From: Octopus vulgaris
Lineage: Eukaryota
Direction of reading: 5' to 3'
Length of the DNA stretch: 64,000 nt
Assembly (NCBI GenBank): GCA_951406725.2
Contig: OX597814.1
Coordinates: 130,076,001-130,140,000, forward strand
A program made the translations under genes and the position numbers. The notes under the pieces are model-generated. The model searched no databases, was not told where the DNA came from, and worked only from the letters and a program-made list of their open reading frames with translations. Of the stretch, positions 13,784-27,940 are shown piece by piece; within the stretch, counting starts at the first letter, position 1, and each line of letters starts with the position of its first letter.

Positions 13784-13788
13784 GTGTG

Positions 13789-13819
<31 letters not shown>

Positions 13820-13820
13820 T
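13445..13820. repeat. Compound (TA)n/(TACA)/(TG)n microsatellite
   Basis: Directly visible. Confidence 0.95.
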
Positions 13821-14292
13821 TACTAGAAAATGGCTAGCATACATATGTACTCTATTTTTAAAAGGATGTATTTATTAATTTTTAACTGGAGAAATCTGAC
13901 AGAGGTTTTGAATAATCAGCTACCAGCCATCATCATCTTTGCATCGAGTGACTGATAGGTCGAAACTGCGAAGCCACAGATCATTTTCTCCTTGCAAATA
14001 TCTATAATTATATATTATACTAAAAATATTGCATAATTGTTCGGTTTAATACCAAGGTGCTTCTATATAAGACCTCATAAAACAAGCATTTATTAATACG
14101 TGCATGCATTCACACATACATTCACATAAACATACATACATATAAACCACTCATAATAAGGAGTACTGGTGGAATGTCCCAGTGAAAACCTGAACATTTT
14201 CTAAATATGGTAGACACTAAGATTTGGGCTAGACGAAAAGCAACTGTGTTTAGTAATGGAAATTAACTGCACAGCAGGTGTTATGAATTTTA

Positions 14293-14557
14293 TCATTTAA
14301 GCATATATGAACATGCAACTATATGCATGAGAAGGCATACACGAAACAGAATATAAAAATCTGCACATACACTGACACCAAATACAGCAATATACATACA
14401 TAAATGCAAAAATATTCTGTTGATGTTGAAATTCCAGTGAAGGAGCCTTGGTTCGAGGTTAGCAACCGGTTCTTTCTCTATTGGTAAGAAATTTTGAAAT
14501 GGAACTGAATAATGACATACATATATGTACACATATATAATAATAATAATAATAATG

Positions 14558-14621
<64 letters not shown>

Positions 14622-14624
14622 TAA

Positions 14625-14625
<1 letters not shown>
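14293..14625 (+). mobile_element. R4/Dong-like LINE 3' UTR followed by (TAA)n
   Basis: Reverse-complement homolog of 2685-2970; followed by about 29 TAA units. Confidence 0.65.
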
Positions 14626-14660
<35 letters not shown>

Positions 14661-17600
14661 CTCGCCTAGCGAAAACATACTCGAACATTTTTCAGAGAGA
14701 GTTTGATGTCAACAGCGTCGGAGTGAATAACGATTAAAGTTGTAGTTGAGAAAAAGTTAACTGACATAGAGGACTAGAAACTATCTGAATACTGGAAAAG
14801 AATTAGCTGTGTCTTTATGATTCGCATCGGGTATCAAAATGTCGACATCATGACTACTACTCAATGTTCTCTAAACACTGTAAAGTCTGCAATGTGTGAC
14901 ATGGACAGCTGCAATGGAGACTACGAAACCGTGGACAGCAGAAAGGAGCACAGCAGGCGTTCTTAAGCACTGAAGCATTGTAAAGTAAGTCGTACCTGCC
15001 AAGAAAACGGTGTTAACTTTGTGAACGTGAAATGGAAAGTAACAATTTCGAATGAAGTCTGCTGCAAGCTAAATTAAAATAAGGGTTTTAATTTGTATGG
15101 CATATCGTAAGAAAAGTAAGTTTGAAATTCTTGTATTAATTACTTTCCAAAGATAAATATTAGAGTAATGAAAATAATGTAACGTTGTTTAACTTCTTAT
15201 CCAAGGAGAGAAGAGTAGCAGCCACAATCTCCTTTTGTTTTTCGGAGATTCTTTAATTGGTAGGAGACAAGAAACTATTCTGTGTACAGGGAACCTTGTT
15301 TGGAATGAGTGCATGGTATGTAACTCCACTGTAGGCAGTAGTGTTAAGTGAGGCAATGATTAACTTTACAGACTAAGGTCTCAAAAGCACAAAGAGCCAA
15401 AACATGTACTGCAAGGCGTCTGGAGTGACGTTACAATTCCACTACCCTGGATTGATGCTTTATCCCATCTATCCTGAAAGATTTAATTGCAAAGTTGATT
15501 ATAGCGTACTTTGAACTCAGACATCTGAAATAAATACTAAAAGACATATTGCCCGATACTCTATCCACCCTGTCAATGCGGAACTGTCACTTGGTAACAG
15601 AAACTAAGCCAAGAACTTCGTTCTTGGGTGCTGAGTTCATATCTATGTCGTCTGTTAAGACTTCCTCGTGAAACATAAAGGCGCTACAATTTTAATGAAG
15701 GAAGAAATGAAATATTGCGATTTTTATTCTTTTCTCAAACTCACGAGCTCCATAAATGAATTGAAATGGTTTGAATTGAGAAGAGAAACTGAGTTACAGT
15801 TTCGGTTGGCTCTTTTTCCTGCAAGTGGGAGCCGACTTTTATTCCAATAAGTATTGATTTATTTTGATTACTCCCAAAATCAATTATTACAAAGCGAAAC
15901 TTACAGTCGGGTCACTTGATTCAACTTAATTACTGGTTGCTGTTTGACCATCACTGGACACTAGTGGAAGATAAAATGAATACCAACACAACATGAAACA
16001 AAACAAAAAAAAACATCGAATTTACAGTCTTTGGTACGGTGCTGTATCAGTTTGTCGTGGCTCTTTTTATGGCTCTAGTTTCATTCAAACATTGCTAGAA
16101 TGATATTCGTTCACAAATGATAATGGTGAATCTTTTATTATATTCACCATTAATTGGAAATTGTTTTATTTTATTTTTTATCCTTATTAAATAACTTCTC
16201 TCAATCGTTCTTTCACCATAAACGCCAATTTTCATTATTTTCATTCTTTACTATAAATTGCAACTTAATGTTCCATGTTCTGTCATCATTCATACTTTTG
16301 TTCATTTGCTATGGAAGACAACTAACTACATCTAATTCGGTAAACCCCTTTAATTTATTCTTAATTAAGGAAGATGTAATTAACTTTTCCTAAATGATGG
16401 GAGACCTTTGCAAAGCAAAAAGAGAAAACTCACAAAAAAAAAAGCCATTGCTTAATCTAAATACACATTCAAGCTATCGGTTACATTTCAAGGTCGAGCC
16501 TTTGAGTGATATAATCTAACTTGCGCTTTTATCTCTTGTTCATTATTTATATTCATGTGTATCCTGTTTTGACTGTAATAGCTACATACGTCGGATTACG
16601 ACTGAAGCTACTAAAATAGTTAAACTGATAAGATGTTGAGTTCTGTGAGAAATAAATAGTAAACAAGATGAAGCAGCATTTTCAGTTACCCTTCGTGCCC
16701 TTTCTGAAATCAGCTGGCATCACAGGTTGTCGTGGAAACTGTAATTCAAAGATATCTCACACTAAGTTGTCAAATGAAAATAACGAATTCATTTTCTAGA
16801 ATTATTTTCAAGAACCATGAAATTTACTTAGATAGTAGACGCGTCAGACAAGATTTTTTAGTACAGTTAGTTTCTCAAATCTAGGTTCTATGGAGTCTAA
16901 ATGGGCCGAATCGAAAGGGTATCGGACAACCAACCGATAGGTTGTTGTCATTTCGCATGCTATCACGGGTAGCATATTGCATTTGTAGCCAAGAAAACGT
17001 AACTTCTCCCAACTTGTCTAGTTTATTAAGCTGTCAAGTAGGCACCAGGGGGTAAGAATAACTCGCCAGCTCTATAAAACTGTTTAAAGTGTTTTTAAGC
17101 TAGCTTAGACAAGCACTCTCCTAAGACTGATTTACCTCATCTCTGCCTAACACGATGGAAATAGAGACAAAACATTAACACCAGGCCACTAGACTGATCT
17201 GGTCTGTGAAAACACATCCCTTTCTGAAATCAATTTTTACGGTGGGAAAATTTGCTTCGTTTGTGTTCAAGTGCAGATGTTACTAAAGGAGAAAAGTGTA
17301 CGGAACATTTATAATCCAGTCTTACTCACTTTATGGGTAATGAGTCACCGAAACGTTCTCTTAGTAGTCAAGAAATAATATGCAATTATCCATCAGATTA
17401 TACTAAACTATATTAAAAATGAAGAACTCACTGGATAATATAGTCATTTTTGTGGTATATTTTAATATAAGTCGAGCAGGTCACGGTTAGAATGCCTTTC
17501 GCCGTAGGTCTGTTTGATGCAGATTGACCTAGGGTTAAGCAATCTTTTGGATGATGTTACATAAAAAGACTGTTCTAAATGCAAGAACACTGCAGTGTTG

Positions 17601-18234
17601 GGTTTGAAAATATCAAAAGACAAAAGTACATTTAATGAAAGAAGACTAGGTTGGCAGTGATGTAGTTATATTATATCAGATCAAAGTGGTTCTGATTTTG
17701 GCATCATATCAATACCACAATAACAACTGCCGCCACCACTACAACAACGTTGAGATAAGTAATAAACTACACCGACAAGGACCCCTGCATGTGGTCACTC
17801 GAGTTGGATAAAATAGCAGCCAAATCTCTTTCTAATCACGTCTTACAGTCTTAAAAAGAAAAGTAAAGACACTGGATACTGTAGTTTCATTTAAGATCTG
17901 CGTTCTTAGCTCAAAACGTGCCGAAGGTAGCTTTGCCTTCTACACTTTCGGGGACGATAAATAAAGTATTAGTGTTGTATTAGAGTTGATTCTTCCTCTC
18001 CCTTTCTCTTTCTATTGTCCTGTAAATTCGATGTTTCCATCTTGCCACATTGTATCACGTTGCCGATACTGCCTGTGATATATATCAAATGATCAGGTGT
18101 CTGCAGAATACTCAGCCACGTACACGTTAATTTCAGAAATAGAAATTCAGTTGGTCAAACAATTGAATGCTCATCATCAACTGGAGTGGATTAAATTTGA
18201 ATTAGAGCTTAGAAATTTAGGACACACGAAATAC

Positions 18235-18808
18235 CTGTTTCTTTACTACCCACAAGGGGCCAAACACAGAGAGGACAAACAAGGATAGACAAACGGATTA
18301 AGTCGATTATATCGACCCCAGTGGGTAACTGGTACTTATTTAATCGACCCCGAAAGGATGAAAGGGAAAGTCGACCTCAGCGGAATTTGAACTCAGAACG
18401 TAGCGGCAGACGAAATACCTATTTCTTTATTACCCACAAGGGGCTAAACATAGAGGAGACAAACAAGGACAGACATAGGTATTAAGTCGATTGCATCGAC
18501 CTCAGTGCATAACTGGTACTTAATTTATCGACCCTGAAAGGATGAAAGGCAAAGTCGACCTCGGCGGAATTTGAATTCACAACGTAACGACAGACGAAAT
18601 ACTTATTTCCTTATTACCCACAAGGGGCTAAACATAGAGGGGACAAACAAGGACAGACATAGGTATTAAGTCGATTATATCGACCCCAGTGCGTAACTGG
18701 TACTTAATTTATCGACCCCGGCGGAATTTGAACTCAGAACGTAACGGCAGACGAAATACCGCTAAGCGTTTCACCCGGCGTATTAACGATTCTGCAAATT
18801 CGCTGCTG
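18235..18808 (-). mobile_element. SINE family B tandem trimer
   Basis: Three units with junctions gacgaaatac.tatttc. The head-bearing unit has an internal deletion at ~18720. Confidence 0.85.
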
Positions 18809-19399
18809 TCCACAACCATATCTAAGAAAAAAAAACAAAAAAAAAACAGATGGGGTAGTCACGATTGGAAATTTTTAATCAGAGCTCTGATCAGCAGAAG
18901 CTGTGTTGTAGCTAAACAAACAACATCATTAGCGTTAGCAAATGTGTATTACACCCACTTCATTCTACTCGCTTTCTTCCTCAACTGCAATTCGCCACTG
19001 TTTGAATGCCTTCATTAGTAAATCTGTTCAAGGAGGACTGACCTTGGGAGACTAAACAGCAACGATAACAACCGCTGAGACATGCTGAAATTTAAAATTT
19101 TAGCAAGCAGTAATTCTTTGAAGCATGCAGATTTGTTCTGAATGTACAGCGCAATTTGTATACTAGGTTTGTACACGATATGGAAATAGCAGCGTCTAAT
19201 CAGAAGAGATGAGTCCTCCTCAGAAGAGATGTACTTATGTTATATCTGATATAATAAGGATTTATTTAGAAGAGATGCGCAATCAGAATAGTTGAGTCTT
19301 CTATCCTCTCTTAGATCAAATGAGTCCTATAACTTCTGTATTTAATGCGAACTGACACGCAGGTCAGTAATCATTTAAACAAATTAATCTTTGCCAGAT

Positions 19400-20260
19400 T
19401 AACAACAATTGTCGAATTTACAGAGCCGGCCAGATGTTCTTAGTCTGCGGTGCAATACATTAAAGAAAGAGCTTTTTACACATTTTAAAAAAAGATTTTA
19501 CATGTGATTTGTAGTGCGAGAGGTAAGACGATGACATCACAAACGCCTCCAGTATTTTACACAGCAGGGAGTAAAAAATGTAGAACCTAGCACAGCTGTT
19601 CCAATTGTCTCATAGAAGCAGATTCTACTGGACGGAGTGGATGAGTGCATAGCAATCCTTCCAGAATAGAAGAATCATCCAGTTATCATCAACAAAAGTG
19701 GTAATAGATTGGATATTGTACTCGCCTCACTTTCATCAAAAGTGATTCTGACTGAACTCACCGTGTCATACAAAAACAGAATGAAGGAAGCTCACATCTA
19801 CAAAACCAAAACATATGACAGATTATCCGTTAGGCTGAGAGAATCTGGTTCGCAAACCTTGTCATAGAGGTAGGTGAAAGAGGGTTTGTGGGTAAATCTG
19901 TATATGATCTCATAAAACAGCTTTCAATTTCTGGGAGGCAATGTTAGAAGCAACTGAGTTCCAAATGGATCTGGTAAAGAGAGGTAGAGAGAGTTCTAAA
20001 TTGATCTGGTCAAGAAGGAATGGAAATGAATTTCAAAAGGCATAATTTACCTTACAATCAACTGGCATCTTCGAGTTACAACACCCGAGGTACTTTGGAT
20101 CTGGGGCACCTTTATTACCCAGGAAGGTTGCAATGTAGGCAATAGCACGGAATGTAAAAGCAGAGGAGCATCCTGGAGTCGTGACCTAAATCCCGCCCAG
20201 CTTCCTTAGAGTGTAAGGAATTATGGGTCAAGACAATTGTATGAAGAGGGCATGAGGGCC
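19400..20260 (+). mobile_element. Hero/NeSL-like (R2 group) LINE 3' fragment
   Basis: Reads RLDIVLASLSSKVILTELTVSYKNRMKEAHIYK...IEVGERGFVG (~19705-19895), an REL endonuclease pattern. Confidence 0.6.
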
Positions 20261-20636
20261 TCTACTCTGAAAACCTGCTTTTCAGTTCTCTTTAGAGTTT
20301 CTTACTACTTAATTCGAAAGCAACCAGCAATAAAACCCGTCTCAAGAAATGACTTAGTATGTTAAGATATATAAAATAAAAGAACGGGGGAAAAATCCAC
20401 GAAGTTGCTTGACAATCATAAAACGAGCGACGCAAAATTTAAAAGAATTAAGATTATATTTACCTGAGAAACAAGAAGGAAGAGAGCACCACAAGAAAGA
20501 CATTTGAAGACTGAAACTACTAGAGTAGAAATACATTTTACATGTGGGTAAAATAACTGTGAAATAATGAGAATTAGCAGAAAATGAGTAGTTGAATTAG
20601 TAACTTTAGAAGAGTTACGAAAGAAGAACAAATATT

Positions 20637-20878
20637 CTTTTCTTTTCTAGGCATAAAGCCCGAAGTTTTTTTGAGGAGGGGTTCAGTTGATTAGATCGAC
20701 CCCAGTACGCAACTGGTACTTAATTTATCGATGCCGAGAGGATGAAAGGCAAAGTCAAATTCCGCCGAGATCGGCAAAATCGACCTCGGGGGAATTTGAA
20801 CTCAGATCGTAAAGACAGACGAAATATCGCAAAGCATTTCACTCGGCGTGCTGACGTTTCTGCCAGATCACCGCCTTA
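20637..20878 (-). mobile_element. SINE family B variant
   Basis: Same tRNA head and core as 319-553, with a different tail and a short internal insertion. Confidence 0.8.
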
Positions 20879-21208
20879 GGAACAACAAGTATTGAGGCAT
20901 TGACTGAACAAAGAGATGGAGAAAAGCAGTGCCTCGGAAATAAAAGAAGGTTTGACGCTTAGCTTTCAAAACAGATCCAATTATGTTAGAAAATCGCTTT
21001 TGAACTCGTTTTATTGAATCTGAATCTGGTGCATCTATAACCGTTACCAGATCTACTGTATTAGTTTCTATATGCTTTATATATGATACAAAAAGTTTAA
21101 CTCAAAACACCAAAGCCTTGGTGGTTTGAGCTAAATTGGAGGTGAAAATGTCTAACTGGCTTTTACATACAAAAACTGGTGGGGTGCATTATATTTAAAA
21201 CCATATAC

Positions 21209-21408
21209 CCTCTTTTACTCTTTTACTTGTTTCAGTCATTTGACTGCGGCCATGCTGGAGCACCGCCTTTTAGTGGTGCAAATCGACCCCCATGTCTTAT
21301 TCTTTGTAAGCTTAGTACTTATTCTATCGGTCTCTTTTGCCGAACCGCATCGGTTGTCAAGCGATGTTGAGGGGGGACAAACACAGACACACAAACACAC
21401 GCACACAA

Positions 21409-21477
<69 letters not shown>

Positions 21478-21660
21478 CACACACACATATATATACGACG
21501 GGCTTCTTTCAGTTTCCGTCTACCAAATCCACTCACAAGGCTTTGGTCGGCCCGAGGCTATAGTAGAAGACACTTGCCCAAGGTGGCACGCAGTGGGACT
21601 GAACCCGGAGCCATGTAGTTAGTGAGCAAGCTACTTACCATACAGCCACTCCCACGCCTA
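21209..21660 (-). mobile_element. SINE family A
   Basis: Head, internal (CA)n and (AGTAAAAG)n tail. Confidence 0.9.
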
Positions 21661-22769
21661 TAGGACACCGTGTATGAAATAGTTCTGTATATTCTTCTAT
21701 TCTTTAATTATTTCAGCCCCTGGATAGTTGCTATCCTGAGGCTCCACCTTTAAGGGTTTAGTCAATTATATCGATCCCAGTACTTAACTAGGTGATCGTC
21801 TTTAAAGATTTCTATTTTTAAAAAATGGTTGAACAATGCCTGACAAAAAGACGGAACAGGCACAACTGGAATGTGTTTTATCACAGGGCTGCTTTATAAA
21901 GATTGACATGAAGTTTAAACTACAACAATCCTCACACAATACTATCATAAACGGTTATGTCTCTGGATACGTTCGTGCTTCATTTCTGGCTACTAAGCCT
22001 GTAAATTCTTCCCAGGAATTCTCTTCCTCATAATAAGTTATTACAGACCTCAATGCGTGAAAATACCCTGTTTATTTCTCAACCGAATTATTGAGTTGTT
22101 ATATCTCCGTTATTACCACTAAATTACATGCTGAATGAATATATATGTACGTTAGCAACAGAAATCCATTTTCATTGTTATTAGATCAATAATACGTTTA
22201 GAACATTATTGTGAAACTAGATAAATACTCATTTAAAGACGGAGAGTCATGAATTCATCGTAACCAATAAAGAGAATCATCAATGCCGTGAAAATGGTTT
22301 TCTTCTCTTTTTTTCTCTTTCTTCCCTCTTCTTCGATAATCTGTATGTGCTAAATGAGGTTACACATTTAATTTCGTGCTTGACTTGAAACGAATTTCTA
22401 TCTTTTGCATATAGTAGGGTGAAAGACAATTAGGTTGTTTTGATAGTTGAAATGTAGGTCATGCTTGTGATGTTGTTGTTGTTGTTGTTGTTGCCGTTGT
22501 TACTGTTGTTGTTGTTGTAGTTATTAGGACGTAGCATCTTTGTACCAACAACAGAAGATATAACAAGGCCAAATCTGATAGCTAAGTAAGAGGAATAAAT
22601 AGAAACGATTCGATTCATTAAATAGCAGAAAATATACCAAAAAGTGGGAAAAAGAAAAAAAAATGTAAAATTAATAATTATTGACGCCAACTTCAAGAGA
22701 TATCCAGCAGATTAGTTTTCGCGAAACCAAAATTATATATAAATACACGCTGCTATATGTATATATTTG

Positions 22770-22980
22770 CATATATCCATATATATATATATATATATAT
22801 ATGCATGTATGTATGTATGTATATATATATATATATACATACATGCGTATATATACATATATATATACATACATGCGTATATATACATATATATATGTGT
22901 GTAAGTGTGTGTATCTAAATATATATATATGCACACACACACACATACACACACACACACGCATATATATATATATTTAT

Positions 22981-23011
<31 letters not shown>

Positions 23012-23263
23012 CTGATATATATATATACACACACATAATAGTATTTGTGTATGTGCATATATTAATTATGTGTACATGCGTGTTATATGAATATATACAT
23101 ACATATACATATACAGGCACATACACATAATCATTATTTGTATGCATATATACATGTGTGCGTATACATATTAATTATGCGTACATGCGTGTGTATATGG
23201 ATGTATACATATATATATATGTGTGTATATATATATATATATGCATATATATATATGTGTGTG

Positions 23264-23294
<31 letters not shown>

Positions 23295-23307
23295 ATATAT
23301 ATGTACA

Positions 23308-23377
<70 letters not shown>

Positions 23378-23450
23378 CATACAAGCAACCATCCAACCAT
23401 ATATACATATTTAATTAGTGCTTGTATATGTGTGTGTGTGTGTGTGTGTA
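22770..23450. repeat. Compound TA/CA/GA microsatellite field
   Basis: Directly visible; source of spurious ORFs. Confidence 0.9.
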
Positions 23451-23917
23451 TTTATGCTATATGTGTTTATATTCCAGAATACATTCCCAAGCACAATCAT
23501 TATCAGCACCAAAGAAAACTTAAATAGACAGAAAATCTATCATATACATACGCCGAACACTTCCATAAACGGATATACACTCGCACAAATACAACCATTG
23601 ATAAACATGCGCAAACTGATACCTGCTCACATATATGTACATAATTACCATCATGAAGGGCGGGGAAAGGAAACCTATATGGAGCCTAGAAATAGCAGCC
23701 ACATCTTCTTTGAATCATAATCTACAGATTTAAAAACAAAGAAAGACTCCTTTAAGTAATGTAGTCTTAAAACATCCCGAACGGGCGCGATGGTCACGGC
23801 TCGGATACGTTTCATCACAGGGTTGCCTGGGACTTGACTTAGAAAAGAAAAAGAAACTAAAGAAAGAAAAAACAAAAAAATCTACCTCCTCTGTCACTTT
23901 TATAAATACACCTATTT

Positions 23918-23953
<36 letters not shown>

Positions 23954-24539
23954 TACACACTTGGAGATTATCTATCGATGCAGTATGTTATGTACGTTAA
24001 CTTTTGTGCGCAGAATTCGAATATAATTTGGTATCCATTCATGTATATAACACTAGTAGATGTAACACACTGCAAACAAAAATCTAATTTCCTTCCACAG
24101 AACAATATTAAATTTACAGTGTTCTGTTCATATAATAGACAATTGATTTATCTAAACACCACAGCCATAAGATGAACTCCAGATTTTCGAGGAAACTAGC
24201 TTCGTATATGTCGGCAAAAATCAGTTTAATAAAGCACGTAAATAAATAACCTTAACGTGTCGTGAAGATAAAAACATTCCATAATTCTCCTCTTCCAAGA
24301 TTTTATCGTTTTTCTTAAAGCTTTATTAAAGAAAAACATGCAGCTGTTGATCAAATAAACAATCTATTCATTGAATTTGAAGTGCGAAGCGGTTCACACG
24401 AGTAGTTTTAGCGGAATTCTCTTGTAGAAACAGCGCGACACAAGGTAACGAGGCGGGAACGATTGAATTGCAGGCAGAGTTCTTTTGGCGGCCTTCTTAT
24501 TGCTCCTCCCTATAAATTCATTCATGATATATATATAAG

Positions 24540-24881
24540 CGGAGAACCTCCCCTCTTCGGGCACGAATGACCATCGCATTGCACCTAGAAAGTTACCCTC
24601 CAAGGCACAAGTCCGGACAAGGTTGTTTATGGAAGATGAACAGTCGCCCATGCACTCCAGCCTCTCCTCTTCACGCCACCGATATTATCCAAGGGAAAGG
24701 CAAAGGCCGATACAGCTTGACATCAGTGACGTCGCAACTCATTTCTACAGCTGAGTGAAATGGAGCAACGTAAAATAAAGTGTTTTGCTCAAGAACACAA
24801 CACGCAGCCCGGTCCAGGATTCGAACTCACAACCTCAGGGTTGTACGATCGACGCTCTAACCACTCAGACATGCGCCTTCA

Positions 24882-24882
<1 letters not shown>
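24540..24882 (-). mobile_element. tRNA-derived SINE, family E
   Basis: Head GAAGGCGCATGTCTGAGTGGTTAGAG...GAGTTCGAATCC and core TGTGTTCTTGAGCAAAACACTT. Homologous to 42186-42420. Confidence 0.85.
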
Positions 24883-24914
<32 letters not shown>

Positions 24915-24923
<9 letters not shown>

Positions 24924-24949
24924 GTCAAGTACTTAAATCATATTGAGTC

Positions 24950-25003
<54 letters not shown>

Positions 25004-25038
25004 GACTCAATATGATTTAAGTACTTGACTGTTTTATA
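24915..25038. repeat. Perfect 124-bp palindrome centred on (TA)n
   Basis: tataaaacagtcaagtacttaaatcatattgagtccca-(TA)n-tgggactcaatatgatttaagtacttgactgttttata. Confidence 0.9.
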
Positions 25039-25139
25039 CGCAAATGGAATCGACATAGATGTATATGTATATGTGTGTGTATGTATGCACACACGATTAT
25101 ATATATGTGAATACGATCATATTTGTATACGCATAGATG

Positions 25140-25195
<56 letters not shown>

Positions 25196-25958
25196 CATAA
25201 AATTCTGTCGAATGTACAACGGCTCAGCTTCTCTTACCGCTCAAACTCCAACTTGAACTACATCTAAAACGAATGTGATAATGTAGCTGCCTGGCAAAGA
25301 AAGGCTTTATTGGTTCATCAGCGAGCGTATAGATAGATATATATATATATTAGAAAGAAAGAATGAACAAGCAAAATATTTGGCATCACTTTAGAGTGTA
25401 ATATATAACTGAAACAGAATTGCATCTTCAGAAAGAAAGAATTAAGGAATATCCTTAATAAAAGGCATTAGTAGTTACTAGTTTCATCGCCGAAGAATGA
25501 AAGAAGATACTCATCAACAAATCTGTCCTTAAGGGAGCCAAGAAACATCGCCAAAATCTCTTAGCAGTATGTTTAGGCTACAAGAAAGCATTCGACTCTG
25601 TCCTTCACTCATGGATGATAGAATCACCACACGTTGTGAAAGTACCAGCTGCGATAGAGCATGCCATCGAAAGAGACTGGCAACTACTAAAGCAACACCT
25701 ATTGTTACAAACAATTAAGTCAGCAACAGGCAAATTGCAGGGTGATAGCTTGCCTGTAATGTTGTCTGGACTGACAGTGAACCACTTGTAAACAAAATTC
25801 CAAGGTTACATGCTAGTATATACAGAAAAGGATAAAAATTAATGTAAGCCACACATTTTTTCTTGATGTACTAAAGTCATATTTTGGTAACATGAGTAAC
25901 GTCAAGAGACAATTAGTCGCAACATTCTCACGGAATATATGAATGAAGTTTGGGCAAG

Positions 25959-26236
25959 TTACTCTTTCACTCTTTTACTCTTTTACTTGTTTCAGTCATT
26001 TTGACTGTGGCCATGCTGGAGCACCACCTTTTTAGTCGAGCAAATCGATCCTCAAAACTTAATCTTTGTAAGCCCAGTACTTATTCTATCGTTCTGTTTT
26101 GCCGAACCGCTAAATTACAGGGACGTAAACACACCAGCATGTTGGGGGGACAAACACAGACACACAAACATACATACATACATACATACACACATGCATA
26201 TATATATATGCTAGGGGGACAAACACAGACACACGA

Positions 26237-26271
<35 letters not shown>

Positions 26272-26434
26272 CCACGGGCTTCTTTCAGTTTCCGTCTACC
26301 AAATCCACTCACAATATTTGGTCGGCCCGAGGCTATAATAGAAGACACTTGCCCAAGGTGCTACGCAGTGGGACTGAACCCGGAATCATGTGGTTGGTAA
26401 GCAAGCTACTTACCACACAGCCACTCCTACGCCT
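25959..26434 (-). mobile_element. SINE family A with an internal duplication
   Basis: atg.tggggg..caaacacagacacac is duplicated at ~26140 and ~26208. Confidence 0.9.
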
Positions 26435-27332
26435 GTTAAATACTCATTCGTGATAGTCAACGGAGGAAGGATTGTCGACAAAGAACACGTGCATCAATGG
26501 CTTGTCTATCTCCCCTATGATGAACACAAGTGCCTCGGAACCGATGCGAATGCTGCACACGTTGGTGCTGTGGTAAAAACCAGAATAACAAAAGAGTATT
26601 TCTGCATAATCCGGAAAATTTAGAACTCAGAACTGTTTGCATTTAGCAAGAATATATCTCACAATACTTATGCAGTGCCAGCGCTAGTACCACCATTTAG
26701 GATGTTGGACTGGACACTTGACGAAATCTGCAACCTGGACATCAAAAGTACGAATATACTTACCACCACTGACAACTTCTACATCAACATCCACGCCGAC
26801 AAAATTTATGTGAGGCGAAGAGGTGGTAGCAGAAGCATAATATCAGTCCAAATAGCTTTTGAATTTTGCATTGTATCGATCGGACAACACCTGCTGAACA
26901 ATAAAGAAATATATACATACTCAAAAATGAGAGAAACAGCATCTTTAGAGTTGGAGAAGAAATACTGTGCAGGTACTCTGAAAACACAACTGTTTCATGC
27001 GACCCAGAGGAGGCTGGACTGACCTACCTAAACAAAAGCTTGGAGGAGAAACCTGCTTCATACAAGCAAAGAGCAGCGTATGGGTGTATATCTTGTAAGC
27101 ATTGAGAGGAAAAGTAGTCACTCCTTGACCTGTAATACGTACATCCCATCCCATCGAGAAGGATATATACCTCCGCTATTCAGGAACAGGAGATAGCTAC
27201 AAAATACATGATAAACAAGAAAAACAAAGATAGCACGAAACATCCGGGTTGTAACAACGTGTAAGATATCACCCGTATCATCAGCAGCTTCAGGACATTA
27301 CCTATCTCTGAGGTATGATATAGTTGCAAAGA

Positions 27333-27746
27333 TTACTCTTTTACTCTTTTACTTATTTCAGTCATTTGACTTCGGCCATGCTGGAACACCACCTTTAGTC
27401 GAGCAAATCGACTCCGGGACTTATTCTTTGTAAGCCTAGTACTTATTATATCGGTCTCTTTTGCCGAACCGCTAAGTTACGGGGACGTAAACACACAAGC
27501 ATCGGTTGTCAAGCAATGCTAGGGTGACAAACAGATACTAAAACGGACACACACACACACACACACACATATGTATACATATATACGACGGGCTTCTTTG
27601 AGTTTGAGTCTACCAAATCCACTCACAAGGCTTTGGTTCGCCCGAGGCTATAGTCGAATACATTTGTCCAAGATGCCACGCAGTGGGACTGACCCCGGAA
27701 CCATGTGGTTGATAAGCAAGCTACATACCACACAGCCACTCCTGCG
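27333..27746 (-). mobile_element. SINE family A
   Basis: Full head, body and tail. Confidence 0.9.
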
Positions 27747-27940
27747 TGTTATCCACATGAAGGATTGCCCTGACATATACATCAAAAGCATATCAGAACC
27801 AGCATATATTTACACCTTTAAAAGCAAAGAGTACTGATGTAATACTCCAATAGAAACAGCAATCCGTTGCAAGCATAACAGGCCTGATATTGTTAAGTAC
27901 GACAGGGAACAAAAGTCATACACTGTTGTTGCCCAGTTGT

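Noticed and set aside
18235-18808. Regularly spaced repeats suggesting a CRISPR-like array
   Set aside because: Whole units are homologous SINE multimers with no unique spacers, in eukaryotic DNA.
25470-25520. Minus-strand TTGATGA...GAAACTAGTA hammerhead-like string
   Set aside because: Lies inside the Dong-like RT coding relic, and stems I and II do not pair; likely chance.
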